Shown here: positions 1 through 9,449 of the stretch, in pieces
How the letters are laid out: every line of letters starts with the position of its first letter
Position numbering within the stretch: the stretch's first letter is position 1
NCBI GenBank assembly: GCA_964530325.1
Contig: CAZHAX010000001.1
Coordinates: 186,128 to 250,127, forward strand
Direction: 5' to 3'
DNA length: 64,000 nt
Source of the DNA: an uncultured Anaerolineales bacterium
Lineage (GTDB): Bacteria; Chloroflexota; Anaerolineae; B4-G1
Program-made: the position numbers and the translations under genes
Notes under the pieces: model-generated
The model's input: only the letters and a program-made list of their open reading frames with translations
Databases searched by the model: none
What the model was told of the DNA's origin: nothing

Positions 1-650
1 TGGATCTCGCGGGCCAGCCTGTTCCGCTCCTCCACCACCGCCAGCGCCTCGACCTGGGTGGCGTATTCCTGCAGGCGGCGGTGCGCCTCCTCAAGCGCGG
101 CCAAGAGCTGCTCGGCACGCTCACGCTCACGTCCCTGCTGCATGAGCGCGGCACTGGCCGCGGCGAAGAAGAGGAGGCCGCCTGCGTACGGGGGGAGCAG
201 AGCAAGCGCCATCTGGACGCCACCCACGAGCAGGAAGCCGAGAAAGAGCAGGGCCAGGCAGAGGAGCGTGAAAGCGACGGCCCGGCGAAGCGGCAGGACG
301 AAGTAGGAATGAGGAACGATGATGAAGTAGAGTATAGGTATGAGGCCGATTGCTTCGCCCGCCAGGAGGAAGATGGCAGACACCAGTGCGGCCCGGACCA
401 GCATCAGGCTTCCGTGCTGCCAGGCTGGAGCCTCGGCCGGAGGGTCCCAGCTGGCGCCCAGGCCGAAGGCCACATACAGCAGTGTGTAGGGGATCAGGGC
501 GGGCAGCTGCCGGAGTTCGGGCAGGTACAGCAGCGAGGCACCGTAGACCCCCAGCGCAGTCACCTGCCCGGCCAAGATGAGAATGCGCTCGACGCCCCAG
601 GAAGTGCCGAAGTGCTCGGGGTCTTTCCTGCTCTGCTTCTCTCTTGGCAT
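1..650 (-). CDS. Sensor histidine kinase, N-terminal part (polytopic membrane domain plus start of HisKA_3 dimerisation/phosphoacceptor box); gene continues beyond window start
   Basis: Reverse-strand ATG at 650 (MPREKQSRKDPEHFG...) followed by about 5 hydrophobic helices. The last residues in the window translate ...QEYATQVEALAVVEERNRLAREI(H), the ERxRIARELHD-type H-box context of NarL-class (HisKA_3) kinases. It is absent from the ORF track because it runs off the edge. The long + strand ORF 81..2135 is antisense to this gene and to 678..1646 and is rejected. Confidence 0.6.
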   Translation of the reverse strand, partial: MPREKQSRKDPEHFGTSWGVERILILAGQVTALGVYGASLLYLPELRQLPALIPYTLLYVAFGLGASWDPPAEAPAWQHGSLMLVRAALVSAIFLLAGEAIGLIPILYFIIVPHSYFVLPLRRAVAFTLLCLALLFLGFLLVGGVQMALALLPPYAGGLLFFAAASAALMQQGRERERAEQLLAALEEAHRRLQEYATQVEALAVVEERNRLAREI

Positions 651-677
651 GGCTGCCCCGTTCGCTGTCAGCGGCTG

Positions 678-1646
678 CTAGAGAGGGATCTCAACCAGCG
701 CTCCTCCGCTCAACTCGTACTCCCAGATCACCTCGAGCGTGGGGCAGCAGAGAGGGTCGCCCGGCTTGTGGGCGATGCCCTCGATGGCGATCACGCCGTC
801 CGAAATACCCATCGTGTTCACTATCACCCGGTCGCCCAGGAAGGCGATGGCCTCCCCGTGCGGCACGCCGGAATCGTTGATCACAGCAGCCACGTAGTAG
901 AAGGTGCCCGTGCCGCCTGCCCGCTCCACCAGGATCACCGCCGCGTCCGCATCGCCGTCGTCGTCCAGGTCGCTGAAGGCGAGCGGCAGGCCGCGCAGAC
1001 GGACGGTATAGTCCTCGGGCGGCTCGCCTATAGGTGGCGTCAGCTGGTGGACGCCGTCGACGAGCGTGATCGTCTCCCCGCCTGTCCAGGCATACTCGCA
1101 GTTGCCGAGCTGCTGCATCGTGGGCAGCTCTGCGCTGAGCGGCGGGATGATCACCTCGAGTGTGTAGACGATGTTGCCTGCGGCGATCGACCTGACGTCG
1201 AACAAGTAGTCCTGGGAAACGGGTACCTGTCCCTGGAACTCGTGCGCGCCGGCGTGGTCGGTGATCAGCGGCACACCATCCTCTCCCCAGATGATGATGA
1301 TCACCTCTTGATTGTCGATCTGTTCCTGCGGCAGGCCGACCAGGGCGACGGACAAGGTCTGCCCCTCCGCCGCCCAAAGGACGTACTCGTCGGAGCCGAA
1401 TTGCTCGACGACGCCCTGCACCTGGGCAGAGATGGCACCTGGGGCGAACTGAATGCGCGTCCGCCCGCCTTCCTGCGTGGCCGTCGGTGCCGGAGTGGGG
1501 GACGAGGTGGGGGTGAGGGTCGCGCCCTGAAAGGGAGTGATCGTCGGGCTATTGTTCCCGCCGCCCTCTCCGAAGAGTGGGAAGTTGCAGGCCAGCAGCA
1601 GGCAACTGAAGACAAGCAGCAAATACGTCCTGCGCGAAGTGATCAC
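678..1646 (-). CDS. Secreted/lipoprotein-like hypothetical protein with PT-rich linker
   Basis: N-terminal signal peptide (MITSRRTYLLLVFSCLLLACNF), then a Pro/Thr-rich linker (SPTITP...TLTPTSSPTPAPTAT), then a globular domain rich in D/G/V. Sits immediately upstream (same strand) of the histidine kinase. Confidence 0.6.
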   Translation of the reverse strand: MITSRRTYLLLVFSCLLLACNFPLFGEGGGNNSPTITPFQGATLTPTSSPTPAPTATQEGGRTRIQFAPGAISAQVQGVVEQFGSDEYVLWAAEGQTLSVALVGLPQEQIDNQEVIIIIWGEDGVPLITDHAGAHEFQGQVPVSQDYLFDVRSIAAGNIVYTLEVIIPPLSAELPTMQQLGNCEYAWTGGETITLVDGVHQLTPPIGEPPEDYTVRLRGLPLAFSDLDDDGDADAAVILVERAGGTGTFYYVAAVINDSGVPHGEAIAFLGDRVIVNTMGISDGVIAIEGIAHKPGDPLCCPTLEVIWEYELSGGALVEIPL

Positions 1647-1736
1647 TTACGGATACTCCTCCCAATGCAATACAAAGCCCCGGCGGATAGATCCGGACTG
1701 GAATCCCGAGCTCTTCTCGAGGGCCGGCGCTCTGTC

Positions 1737-2447
1737 CTAGTACTGCCAGTAGGACTCCGCTATCTGCAGCAGCACGCCTTTGGTGGTGGCCAGGTAGTCG
1801 GCGTACGTGGAGATGCCGGAAGGGGCTGCTCCGTATTCGATCCGAGTGTCGTCCCCCAGGTGCACCACGTACGTCTCGTTGTGGCAGTTGAGCAGTTCCG
1901 AGGGCATGTCGTCGCAGACGAAGTCGAAGCCGTCGGCGTTACAGGAGACGCCCTGAATGTCCAAGGTCTCCGTGCCGTAGTTCAGCGTGCCCGTGCCGAC
2001 GCCGGTGCGGCCGCAGATGGCGTACTGGAACTGGCAGTTGGGCGGCGGCGATACGTTGACGTAGCCCAGGCCATAGTGGATGCTGATGCACAGCCGGTCC
2101 CCGTACTGCGCCTGGATCTGGTCCATGTAGTCTGAAGGTGTCATCCCAGCCGGTACCTCGTCGGTGGGCACGCCCATCACTCCGCTCTGCGTGAAGGTGG
2201 CGTCCGGCGGATAGCAGATGCGGTAGCTGAACATATCGTCCACGTACTCCAGCCACCCCGCCGGGCAAGGCGGGGCGACCGCCGCTTCCTCGGTGGGCGT
2301 CTGAGTGGGGGCAGTCGTGGCTGTGGGAGGCGAGTAGACCGTCGGCGTGGGAGGCGAGTAGCCCGTCGGTGTGGGCGAGGGGACGCAGGCCAAAACCGAT
2401 AGCGCGACTACGGCCGTGAACGTCATTGCCAGGTGTCTGCGGTTCAT
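1737..2447 (-). CDS. Secreted hypothetical protein with repeated YSPPTPT linker
   Basis: Signal peptide (MNRRHLAMTFTAVVALSVLACV), PT repeats (PSPTPTGYSPPTPTVYSPPTATTAPTQTPTEE), Cys-containing C-terminal domain. Confidence 0.6.
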   Translation of the reverse strand: MNRRHLAMTFTAVVALSVLACVPSPTPTGYSPPTPTVYSPPTATTAPTQTPTEEAAVAPPCPAGWLEYVDDMFSYRICYPPDATFTQSGVMGVPTDEVPAGMTPSDYMDQIQAQYGDRLCISIHYGLGYVNVSPPPNCQFQYAICGRTGVGTGTLNYGTETLDIQGVSCNADGFDFVCDDMPSELLNCHNETYVVHLGDDTRIEYGAAPSGISTYADYLATTKGVLLQIAESYWQY

Positions 2448-2691
2448 ATCCCTTTCACCTCTTACTCATCTCTGTCACTGCAGCGGCGGGAATGGCTGCT
2501 GTTTGTGCTCAACCAGGCGAGGCCAACCGGGTAGTCCGCCGCCGGCCTTTGCCTCGCCGCTGCTGTGCGCCATTATAGCATCGCCCGTGCACATGGGAAG
2601 CCCGCTCAGCCCGCCCCCGCCAGTGAGGCCTTGCGCGAAGCCCAGCGACGTGCTAGACTCCGGCCAGCGGTGACGGGCACAGGGAAGAGGG

Positions 2692-3900
2692 TTGTGTGTG
2701 ACCACCATAGAGAACCGGCAGATGGAAGGCGTTCAGCGGCGTTGGCGCTCCGGCGGTCGTATCTCGCGCCGCCGCTTTCTGCAGCAGGCAGGCATGGCCG
2801 CGGCTGGTCTGCTGCTCTCCGGCTGCGCTGAGGGGCCCGGTGGGGGCGATCTGCCGGCCGGCGATGGCGGTGTCCCCTTGGCCAGGGTGGGCACGGCGAG
2901 GGCCCCGAGCTACGACGAAGCGCTCGTCCGCCGGGAGCTGTCCACGATCTTTGACAACCTGGGTGGCCTGGGCGACGTCATAGGTTCGGGTGACAAGGTG
3001 GCCATCAAGACGAATCTTACCGGGGGCTCGTACCAGCGGCAGGTCGATGGTCTTCCCAATACCGAGACGTTCTTCACACACCCGGTTGTTGTGGAGGCCG
3101 TGGCGGAGCTGATGATCGACGCCGGCGCGGGCCAGGTGTGCATCGTCGAGGCGGTGTACGATTGGCCATCCTACACGCTGTTCGGCTTCGACGTGTTCGC
3201 CGAGAGGCTGGGTGCGACGCTCATCGATCTCAACGGCGCTGAGCCCTACAGCACTCTGTCACAGGACGAGGTCGGCGAGGGATGGTTCGTCTACGATCGC
3301 TTCTACTCCAACCGCATCCTGAATGAGGTGGACGTTCTGGTCTCTGTCTCCAAGATGAAGGGGCACGGGGAAGCGGGGGTGACTCACACGCTCAAGAACA
3401 TGGTCGGCTCTGTGCCCTGGCGCTTCTACGAGCTCGAGCTTCCCGGCCTGCGGGGGTACCGCTCGGAGTTCCACGGATTGGGCGACGAGACGAGGGCCCG
3501 CCTGCCGCGCGTGATAACGGACCTGAACCGCGCTCACCCTGTTGATATCGGCGTCGTCGATGGCATTAAGACGATGGAGGGGGGCGAGGGTCCCTGGATC
3601 GAGGGGGTGAGGTCGATCCAGCCGGGCGTGCTCATCGCCGGCAAGAGCGCGCTGGCAGTCGACGCGGTCGCCACGGGGGTGATGGGCTTCGACCCAACGG
3701 CCGAGTATCCTGACCCGCCGTTCCTGCACTGCGAAAACCACCTGAATCTGGCCCGCGAGCTGGGGCTGGGGACGAACAGGCTGGAGGTGATTGAAGTTGT
3801 CGGTCCCCCAATCGAGGAGCTGGTGACGCCGTTCAAGGTGGTACAGGCACCTCGCGCCGGCGCTGTGGCGGAAGCGATCTGCCCGTCAGTTGCGGGCTAG
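2692..3900 (+). CDS. DUF362-family protein with twin-arginine (Tat) signal and lipobox
   Basis: SRRRFLQQAGMAAAGLLLSGC is a Tat motif plus lipobox. Motifs KVAIKTNL, FTHP, VSVSKMKGHG are typical of DUF362. Start is ambiguous: TTG at 2692 or ATG at 2722. Confidence 0.6.
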   Translation: MCVTTIENRQMEGVQRRWRSGGRISRRRFLQQAGMAAAGLLLSGCAEGPGGGDLPAGDGGVPLARVGTARAPSYDEALVRRELSTIFDNLGGLGDVIGSGDKVAIKTNLTGGSYQRQVDGLPNTETFFTHPVVVEAVAELMIDAGAGQVCIVEAVYDWPSYTLFGFDVFAERLGATLIDLNGAEPYSTLSQDEVGEGWFVYDRFYSNRILNEVDVLVSVSKMKGHGEAGVTHTLKNMVGSVPWRFYELELPGLRGYRSEFHGLGDETRARLPRVITDLNRAHPVDIGVVDGIKTMEGGEGPWIEGVRSIQPGVLIAGKSALAVDAVATGVMGFDPTAEYPDPPFLHCENHLNLARELGLGTNRLEVIEVVGPPIEELVTPFKVVQAPRAGAVAEAICPSVAG

Positions 3901-4578
3901 TTGCGGTCGACCCTGCGCTGGAGCCGGGCGGCATCCTCCTCCTGGGGGACTGCGGGCGGGGATCTGCTTCACCATGTCCATGCCGCTGCCGATGCGTCTG
4001 CAAGAAGCTGAATTGCCTAGTCTCATGGCCTGCCGGGAGCCGGCGGAGCGCAAGGTCCAGACTGTGAGGCAGGCGCGGGTCGCGGCAAACTCACATAGCG
4101 CGGACGGTCGGATCTACGTCGTCTTGCAGTGCCCTCGATTGTCCAGCATACTCGTTATGTGATCGAGCCGCACAGACAGCGTGGCGTCTCATCGTGGGCG
4201 GCCGGGCGTACCATGGAACACCCGCAGTCGCAGAGATGCCAATCGGCAGACCGCGGCTCGGGAACATAAGCAGCCCTGTCTTTGCCGCCAATCCCGGCGG
4301 GACGCTGATCGGTCGCGTGACAGGAGCACTGGGCAGGTGCGATGCAACGACCTTACATTCCCGTGGACGCTACGCCGGTCGCCTGGAGCGAGGCCTGGTG
4401 CGCTTGCCCGGAGGGCTGCCGAGCTCTGGGCCCTGAGCCTCCGCTGCGTGCTTTCTACGCCCGAATCCCGAAGCTGGAACCGCAACCGTGGCTCTTGGCG
4501 TCTCCAGGAATCGGTCGACAAGGTGCTCGGCGGGCACGGCATTTCCGCTTCGGTCAGGCGAATCACCGCGTTGGCAAG

Positions 4579-5238
4579 ATGATGGACTCGAGCGTGGAAC
4601 GCATCCTACTCCATATCAATGCTGTGGCGGGCGTGACCGGCTGCTTCGTCTGCAACAAGAATGGAGAGATCGTGGCCTCCGCCCTACCCGGTATCTTTGA
4701 CCAAGTCATTCTGCGGGCCGTAGCGAAGGCTATCACCCAGACCTTTGCCGGGTTGGCGATCGCCCATCGGCGGAAGACAGCCGATATCGACCTGGTCTAC
4801 GCCGAGAACCGCCTGATCGCCAAGAGCCTGAAGGACATTTGTCTGTGCATGATCTGCGTGCGCAGCATCAACCTGCCACTCCTGAATCTGACAGCTGAGA
4901 CAGCGGCAAGAGAGCTGACGGCCGCTCTCAAAGGTGAGGTTGCGGAGAAGCCATTGCCAGGCCGTGAGGAAGGAGGGCCAGCGGCTGAGACGGTAGGGGC
5001 CGCCTTCCTCGGCCAGTTGGAGTGCGACCTGGCCAGAGCGATCGGCCCGATCGCCAATCTGGTTGTAAACGAGAAGATACAGGCCCTGGGTGAGAGTAGG
5101 GAGTCTTTCCCCTGGCGCGAGGCGAACCGCTTGATAGAAGAGGTCGGCGGCGAGATCACCGATGAGGGGAAGAGGACCCAGTTCAGCGGGGCCGCCCTGC
5201 GGGCACTGCGAGAGCAGACGAAGGGAAATGAAGCATGA
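4579..5238 (+). CDS. Roadblock/LC7 (MglB-like) domain protein, CxC/LNLTA subfamily
   Basis: MMDSSVERILLHINAVAGVTGCFVCNKNGEIVAS... is a Roadblock fold signature. The C-terminal CLCMICVRSINLPLLNLTAETAAREL is shared with paralogs at 48261, 48930 and 49845. The track ORF starts at 4342, but the upstream 79 codons are R/W-rich and non-protein-like. ATG ATG at 4579 is preferred. Confidence 0.65.
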   Translation: MMDSSVERILLHINAVAGVTGCFVCNKNGEIVASALPGIFDQVILRAVAKAITQTFAGLAIAHRRKTADIDLVYAENRLIAKSLKDICLCMICVRSINLPLLNLTAETAARELTAALKGEVAEKPLPGREEGGPAAETVGAAFLGQLECDLARAIGPIANLVVNEKIQALGESRESFPWREANRLIEEVGGEITDEGKRTQFSGAALRALREQTKGNEA

Positions 5239-6020
5239 AGATCACAATCGGTGCCAGGCTTGGATTCGGCTTTCTGGTCATGCTCCTGCTGGTCGCCACG
5301 GCTGGCTTGACTGCCGTCATCTCTTTCGATAGACTAGCCGACCTGACCGCCGCGCTGGCTGAGGAAGGCGACGAGCTGCGGACCATCACAGATATCAGGG
5401 TGGTCGTAGCGGAAGCCCACGCTGCCTTGGAGAGGGCGATGGTGACCGGCGAAGAAGAGGATGTCGCCGCAGCCGAATTGCGGCAATCGGAGTTGCAGGA
5501 GATGGTGACGGCCTACCTGGACAGCAAGGAAGCCGCGGGGGTCGAGAATGAAGCGTTTGAGGAGCTGGAACTCGCCCAACAGTTGTTGGACGACACCCTG
5601 GAGAGCTACCTGCATGCCTCGGATCTCAGTGCCAACCTACGCCTTACAGCCTTCTCCCGGCGGCAGGAGCTGGTCGATTTCTGCCTGACGATCTTGACCG
5701 AGATTGAGAGTGAGGCCAAGGACCGGATGGCAGACGCCCTGGAGGAAATCCAGAGCGCTCAGTCCTCGCTGCTGCTGATGATGAGTGGCGTTACCGTCGT
5801 CGCTGCCGTCATAGGGGCAGGACTGGCGGTGGGGATCACCCGTAGCGTGACCGTCCCTGTGGGGAAGCTCGTCAGCGCGGCTGACAAGATCAGCACAGGT
5901 GACCTAGACGCGCTCATGGAAGTGCGGTCGCAGGACGAGATCGGTGAGTTGGCCGACTCGATGGAGCGTATGCGCGTCAGCATGAAGGCGGCCTTGGGGA
6001 GACTCAAGAAGCAGCAATAG
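5235..6020 (+). CDS. Membrane sensor with periplasmic four-helix-bundle-like domain and HAMP domain, no output domain
   Basis: TM1 (FGFLVMLLLVATAGLTAVISF), about 150-aa helical region, TM2 (VTVVAAVIGAGLAVGI), HAMP (TRSVTVPVGKLVSAADKISTGDLDALMEVRSQDEIGELADSMERMRVSM). ATGA overlap with the upstream Roadblock gene. Confidence 0.65.
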   Translation: MKITIGARLGFGFLVMLLLVATAGLTAVISFDRLADLTAALAEEGDELRTITDIRVVVAEAHAALERAMVTGEEEDVAAAELRQSELQEMVTAYLDSKEAAGVENEAFEELELAQQLLDDTLESYLHASDLSANLRLTAFSRRQELVDFCLTILTEIESEAKDRMADALEEIQSAQSSLLLMMSGVTVVAAVIGAGLAVGITRSVTVPVGKLVSAADKISTGDLDALMEVRSQDEIGELADSMERMRVSMKAALGRLKKQQ

Positions 6021-6061
6021 CCAGATGCTCTCTGAGCGGGTCAAAGGGTTGGGGGCGGTGC

Positions 6062-6502
6062 TCAGGCCGGCACCGTATCGAGCGGATCGGGAGTTGCTGG
6101 ATCGAGGCCAAGCGTGGGGGCCATATCGCGCGTCGACTGGTCGGTGATGAACTCGACCCACAACGGGAAGTGGTCTGAGATGTGGTAGGACATCTGGCGG
6201 AGGGTGATCTCCTGGTAGACCGCGCCGGCGAAATCGATCACGCCGGTGCGCCCGGTTGATTCCAGATCTAAATCGCCCATGAACCAGGCGATGTGGTCGT
6301 GGAACTCCGGATCGCTGCCGTAGGTGGTCTTGAGCCCGTGCAGCTGGGCCGGGACGATCAGGCTGGCCAGCCCTGAAGGCCGCACCCGGCGCTGGTCGTA
6401 GATGAGGGCGAGCCGCTCGGCGCTGCCGGCGAAGCGCCCCTTTTCCTCTAGCTGATCCTCTCCAGCACGACTGCCTCTCTGCCTCGGGCAGCGACTCTCC
6501 AC
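6062..6502 (-). pseudogene. Truncated paralog of endonuclease/exonuclease/phosphatase (EEP) gene 9450..10496, lacking the N-terminal catalytic half and about 100 internal residues
   Basis: The C-terminal ~90 aa are about 85% identical to the C-terminus of the 9450..10496 product (LKTTYG..DHIAWFMGD..GVIDF.GAVYQEITLRQMSY..SDHFPLWVEFITD..MAPTLGLDPATPDPL). The upstream 25 codons and the N-terminal WNIR/IAIQEV catalytic region are absent. Confidence 0.5.
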
Positions 6503-6747
6503 CCCGGCCTCGAGAGCAGCAACTCTATCAGCGTCCCGTCGCCCCGCGGGCTAAGCACTGCGTACCGTACGTGACAGGCGTCGATTTCCATCGCCCAGTC
6601 ACCAGGGCTACCCGTACAAGTGCCAGCGGTGCTTTTGTCCGCCATCTGCTCACTCCTGATCTACGGACACTAGTGTAGCAGATGGAGGCAAGTCTGTCGC
6701 CACACGGACGTGTCAACTTGTGCGAATCGGGGAATGGCCCGAAGGTG

Positions 6748-9351
6748 CTACTCGGGCTGGGTAGAGGAGAGGAGTCCCAGCTCGCGCGCCCGCGCGACTG
6801 CCTGGGTGCGGCTCCGCACCGCCAGCTTGCCGTAGATGCTGCTGCAGTGCCGCTTCACCGTGTTCAGGGCGATCACCAGCTCGTCGGCGATCTCCTGATT
6901 GGAGTAGCCGCGGCCGATCAGGATGAGGACTTCGAACTCCCGGGGAGTCAGCTGCTCGACGAGGGAGTCAGCGACGGGCGACCCGGCTGAGGCTGGTCCG
7001 AACTCCGCCAGGAGCCTCTCCACGTAGTCCGGCTCGATCGAGCCCGACGCGGCCTCGCGAAGAAGCCGGGCCATCGCCGGCCCCTCGCTCACGAAGACGC
7101 GGATGAACCCCTCCGGTGCGGCCAGCGCCAGCGCGCGCTTCAGAGAATCGAGCGCCGCTTCTCTCTCGCCCTGCGCATCCAGGGCCAGTGCCATCAGGGC
7201 CCGTATCTCGATGACAAAGGTGTAGGCTCCGCTTGCTTCGTGCAGGCCCAGCAGTGATCTCAGCGATTCCAGCGCCCCTTCCGGCTCGCCTCGGGCAATC
7301 AGTGCGCGCGCCCGCAGCGTCTCCAGGGCCTGCATGAAGGCTGAGGGCAGCGTAACGCGGTCTTCGCCAGCGGCATCGTCGCCGGGGGCGAACACGGCCT
7401 TCGTCCCCTCCACCCACCGCAGCACCTTCTCCGGCTCGCCTGCGTCAAGCTGCAGGCGAGCCCGCTGGGCGGCCCATCTGAAGTTGGCCATCGAGTGCGA
7501 GCCTTCGACTGAACTGACCTCCGCTGCCTCGCGCAGTGCCTCCCAGGCACCCTCGCTGTCGCCCCGCGCCTGCCTCAGCCGGGACATTGCCGTGTAGGCT
7601 TCGTTGAGCGTCTGTGTGGCTCCTACGCCGAGCGAGAGCTCAACAGCGTTGTCCAGCAGACGTTCTGCCTCGTCCAGCTCGTGCCGCTCGATGTGGACAC
7701 CGGCCAGTTCTACGTGGCCCGCGGCAGCCAAGGGTGTCTGCTTGGCCAGATCGATCACGGCGCGGCAGGACGCGGCCGAGTCCTGCAGCTTGCCCCGATG
7801 GTACTGAGCCAATGCCAAGGCCTCCGTGGCCTCGACCGCCAGCAGGATGTGGCCGTCTGCCAGGGCCGTCTCGCGGGCCTGTGTCGCCGCCTCTACGGCC
7901 GCGCCTAGCTGGTTGTCGAACGCAGCGAAGAAGGCCCTGGCTGTCCTGTCGATCGTATCCAGCAGGCGGGTCAGCTCATCTCGCAGCGGTTTGCTGTCTG
8001 GGGCAGGGGGCAGGGCCTCAAGGGACTTCCTGCATTCCTGCAGTGCCTGCTGGGCTGGGCCCAGGTGGCCGTTCATGAACAGCGCCCAGGCCCGGTAGAC
8101 CTGCAGACGGGGGCGGGCGCCAAGCACGTCCTCAGGCAAAGTGTCCACCCAGCGCAGCAGCGTCGTCAGCCGGGCATCGAGCTGGCCTCCGGCAGCGGCC
8201 TGCTCGGCGATGCGGGCCACCCGATCGAAGTCCTCCGCCGTCCGGGCGTGCTTGACAGCCTCGTTGAGCAGCCCTGCCCGCTCGAGCCACTCGGCGGCGC
8301 GCCGGTGGAGATCCTGAATTTGATTGTGCTGCAGGGTCTGCCCAAGCCGCTTGCGAAGAAGGTCGCGGAAGAGATGATGGTAGCGATACCATCGTTGCTC
8401 GTCATCTAGCGGTATGACGAAGAGGTTATCCCGCTCGAGGAGAGCGAGCGTTTCTGCACGCTGGCGATCGCCTGAGACGGCGTCGCCAAGAGGCCCGCAG
8501 AGCCGATCCAGTATCGAGGTCCGGATCAGGAAGGACTCGACAGCCTCCGGCTGTTGGCTGAGCACCTCTTCGATGAGATACTCGATGACGTACTGATGGC
8601 TGCCGCCAAAGGCCTGCACCACCGCGTGGCGGTCCTCGCGTCCCTTCATCGACAGCGCGGCCAGAGAAAGGCCAGCAGCCCAACCCTCGGTGCGGGCTTC
8701 GAGCGCAGCGACGTCGTCGCCTGCCAGGCCCAGGCCACAGACATCGTTCAGGAAGGTTGCTGCTTCCTGAGCGTTGAAGCGAAGGTCGCTGGCGCGGAGC
8801 TCCGTCAATTGGCCGCCGGCCCGCAGCCGGGCAACAGGCAGCGGCGGATCGGCTCTGGAAGCGATGACCACGTGGAGCTGCTCCGGCATGTGTTCAAGCA
8901 GGAAGGCCAGGAGCTCGTGAATCGACGCCTCGGTGACCAGGTGGTAGTCATCGAGGATGAGGATGATCCGCCGGGGCAGCTCTGCCAGATCGTTGATCAG
9001 CCCGGTCAGCAACAGCCGCGCCGGCGGAATCTGGGCTGCCTGCAGCAAGGCGCTGGCGCCTTCACCGATGCCCGGTTGGGCCTTCTGCAGAGCGGCGATG
9101 ACGTAGGCCCAGAATCGCGGTGCATCGTTGTCGTCTTCGTCGAGTGATAGCCAGGCGATCAGCTCCTGCCGCCCGGCTGCCCACTCGGACAGCAGCGTCG
9201 TCTTGCCGGAACCGGCAGAGGCGGACACGAGCGTGATACGGTGGCCCAGGCGCATGCCCTCATCTAGTCGCTCGATGAGGCGCGGCCGGCTCACCAGGTC
9301 GCTCCGCGGGGGCGGGGCATACAGCTTTGTGGCCAGGAGTGGTGCGCTCAT
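6748..9351 (-). CDS. MalT-like LuxR-family transcriptional regulator (AAA+/STAND ATPase, TPR-like middle, C-terminal LuxR HTH)
   Basis: N-terminus MSAPLLATKLYAPPPRSDLVSRPRLIERL...LVSASAGSGKTTLL is the MalT/GerE-type Walker A. C-terminus LTPREFEVLILIGRGYSNQEIADELVIALNTVKRHCSSIYGKL is the LuxR HTH. The ATG at 9351 is the internal Met of the track ORF. Confidence 0.85.
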   Translation of the reverse strand: MSAPLLATKLYAPPPRSDLVSRPRLIERLDEGMRLGHRITLVSASAGSGKTTLLSEWAAGRQELIAWLSLDEDDNDAPRFWAYVIAALQKAQPGIGEGASALLQAAQIPPARLLLTGLINDLAELPRRIILILDDYHLVTEASIHELLAFLLEHMPEQLHVVIASRADPPLPVARLRAGGQLTELRASDLRFNAQEAATFLNDVCGLGLAGDDVAALEARTEGWAAGLSLAALSMKGREDRHAVVQAFGGSHQYVIEYLIEEVLSQQPEAVESFLIRTSILDRLCGPLGDAVSGDRQRAETLALLERDNLFVIPLDDEQRWYRYHHLFRDLLRKRLGQTLQHNQIQDLHRRAAEWLERAGLLNEAVKHARTAEDFDRVARIAEQAAAGGQLDARLTTLLRWVDTLPEDVLGARPRLQVYRAWALFMNGHLGPAQQALQECRKSLEALPPAPDSKPLRDELTRLLDTIDRTARAFFAAFDNQLGAAVEAATQARETALADGHILLAVEATEALALAQYHRGKLQDSAASCRAVIDLAKQTPLAAAGHVELAGVHIERHELDEAERLLDNAVELSLGVGATQTLNEAYTAMSRLRQARGDSEGAWEALREAAEVSSVEGSHSMANFRWAAQRARLQLDAGEPEKVLRWVEGTKAVFAPGDDAAGEDRVTLPSAFMQALETLRARALIARGEPEGALESLRSLLGLHEASGAYTFVIEIRALMALALDAQGEREAALDSLKRALALAAPEGFIRVFVSEGPAMARLLREAASGSIEPDYVERLLAEFGPASAGSPVADSLVEQLTPREFEVLILIGRGYSNQEIADELVIALNTVKRHCSSIYGKLAVRSRTQAVARARELGLLSSTQPE

Positions 9352-9449
9352 CCCGACCCATATTACCACGGTTCGCTTCTCGCCCCAAATGGCGGGCGCG
9401 GGGGGTCAGGCTATCGGGCTGCGGCCGCTTGTCGGGCCGGTGGCCGCTT

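Noticed and set aside
81-2135. 684-aa + strand ORF
   Set aside because: Arg/Gly/Ala-rich low-complexity translation with no motifs. It lies antisense to two well-supported genes, a membrane histidine kinase N-terminus and a signal-peptide protein. It is a typical spurious long ORF in GC-rich DNA.
4342-4578. N-terminal 79-codon extension of the Roadblock ORF
   Set aside because: The extension is W/R/C-rich and unlike the paralogs, which all start at the Roadblock core. ATG ATG at 4579 is the consistent start.
6748-9351. MalT-like STAND protein as an Avs-type antiphage NLR
   Set aside because: The C-terminus is a canonical LuxR HTH rather than a nuclease or protease effector. The architecture matches MalT transcription activators. 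Kept only as a caveat in the EEP/MalT finding.
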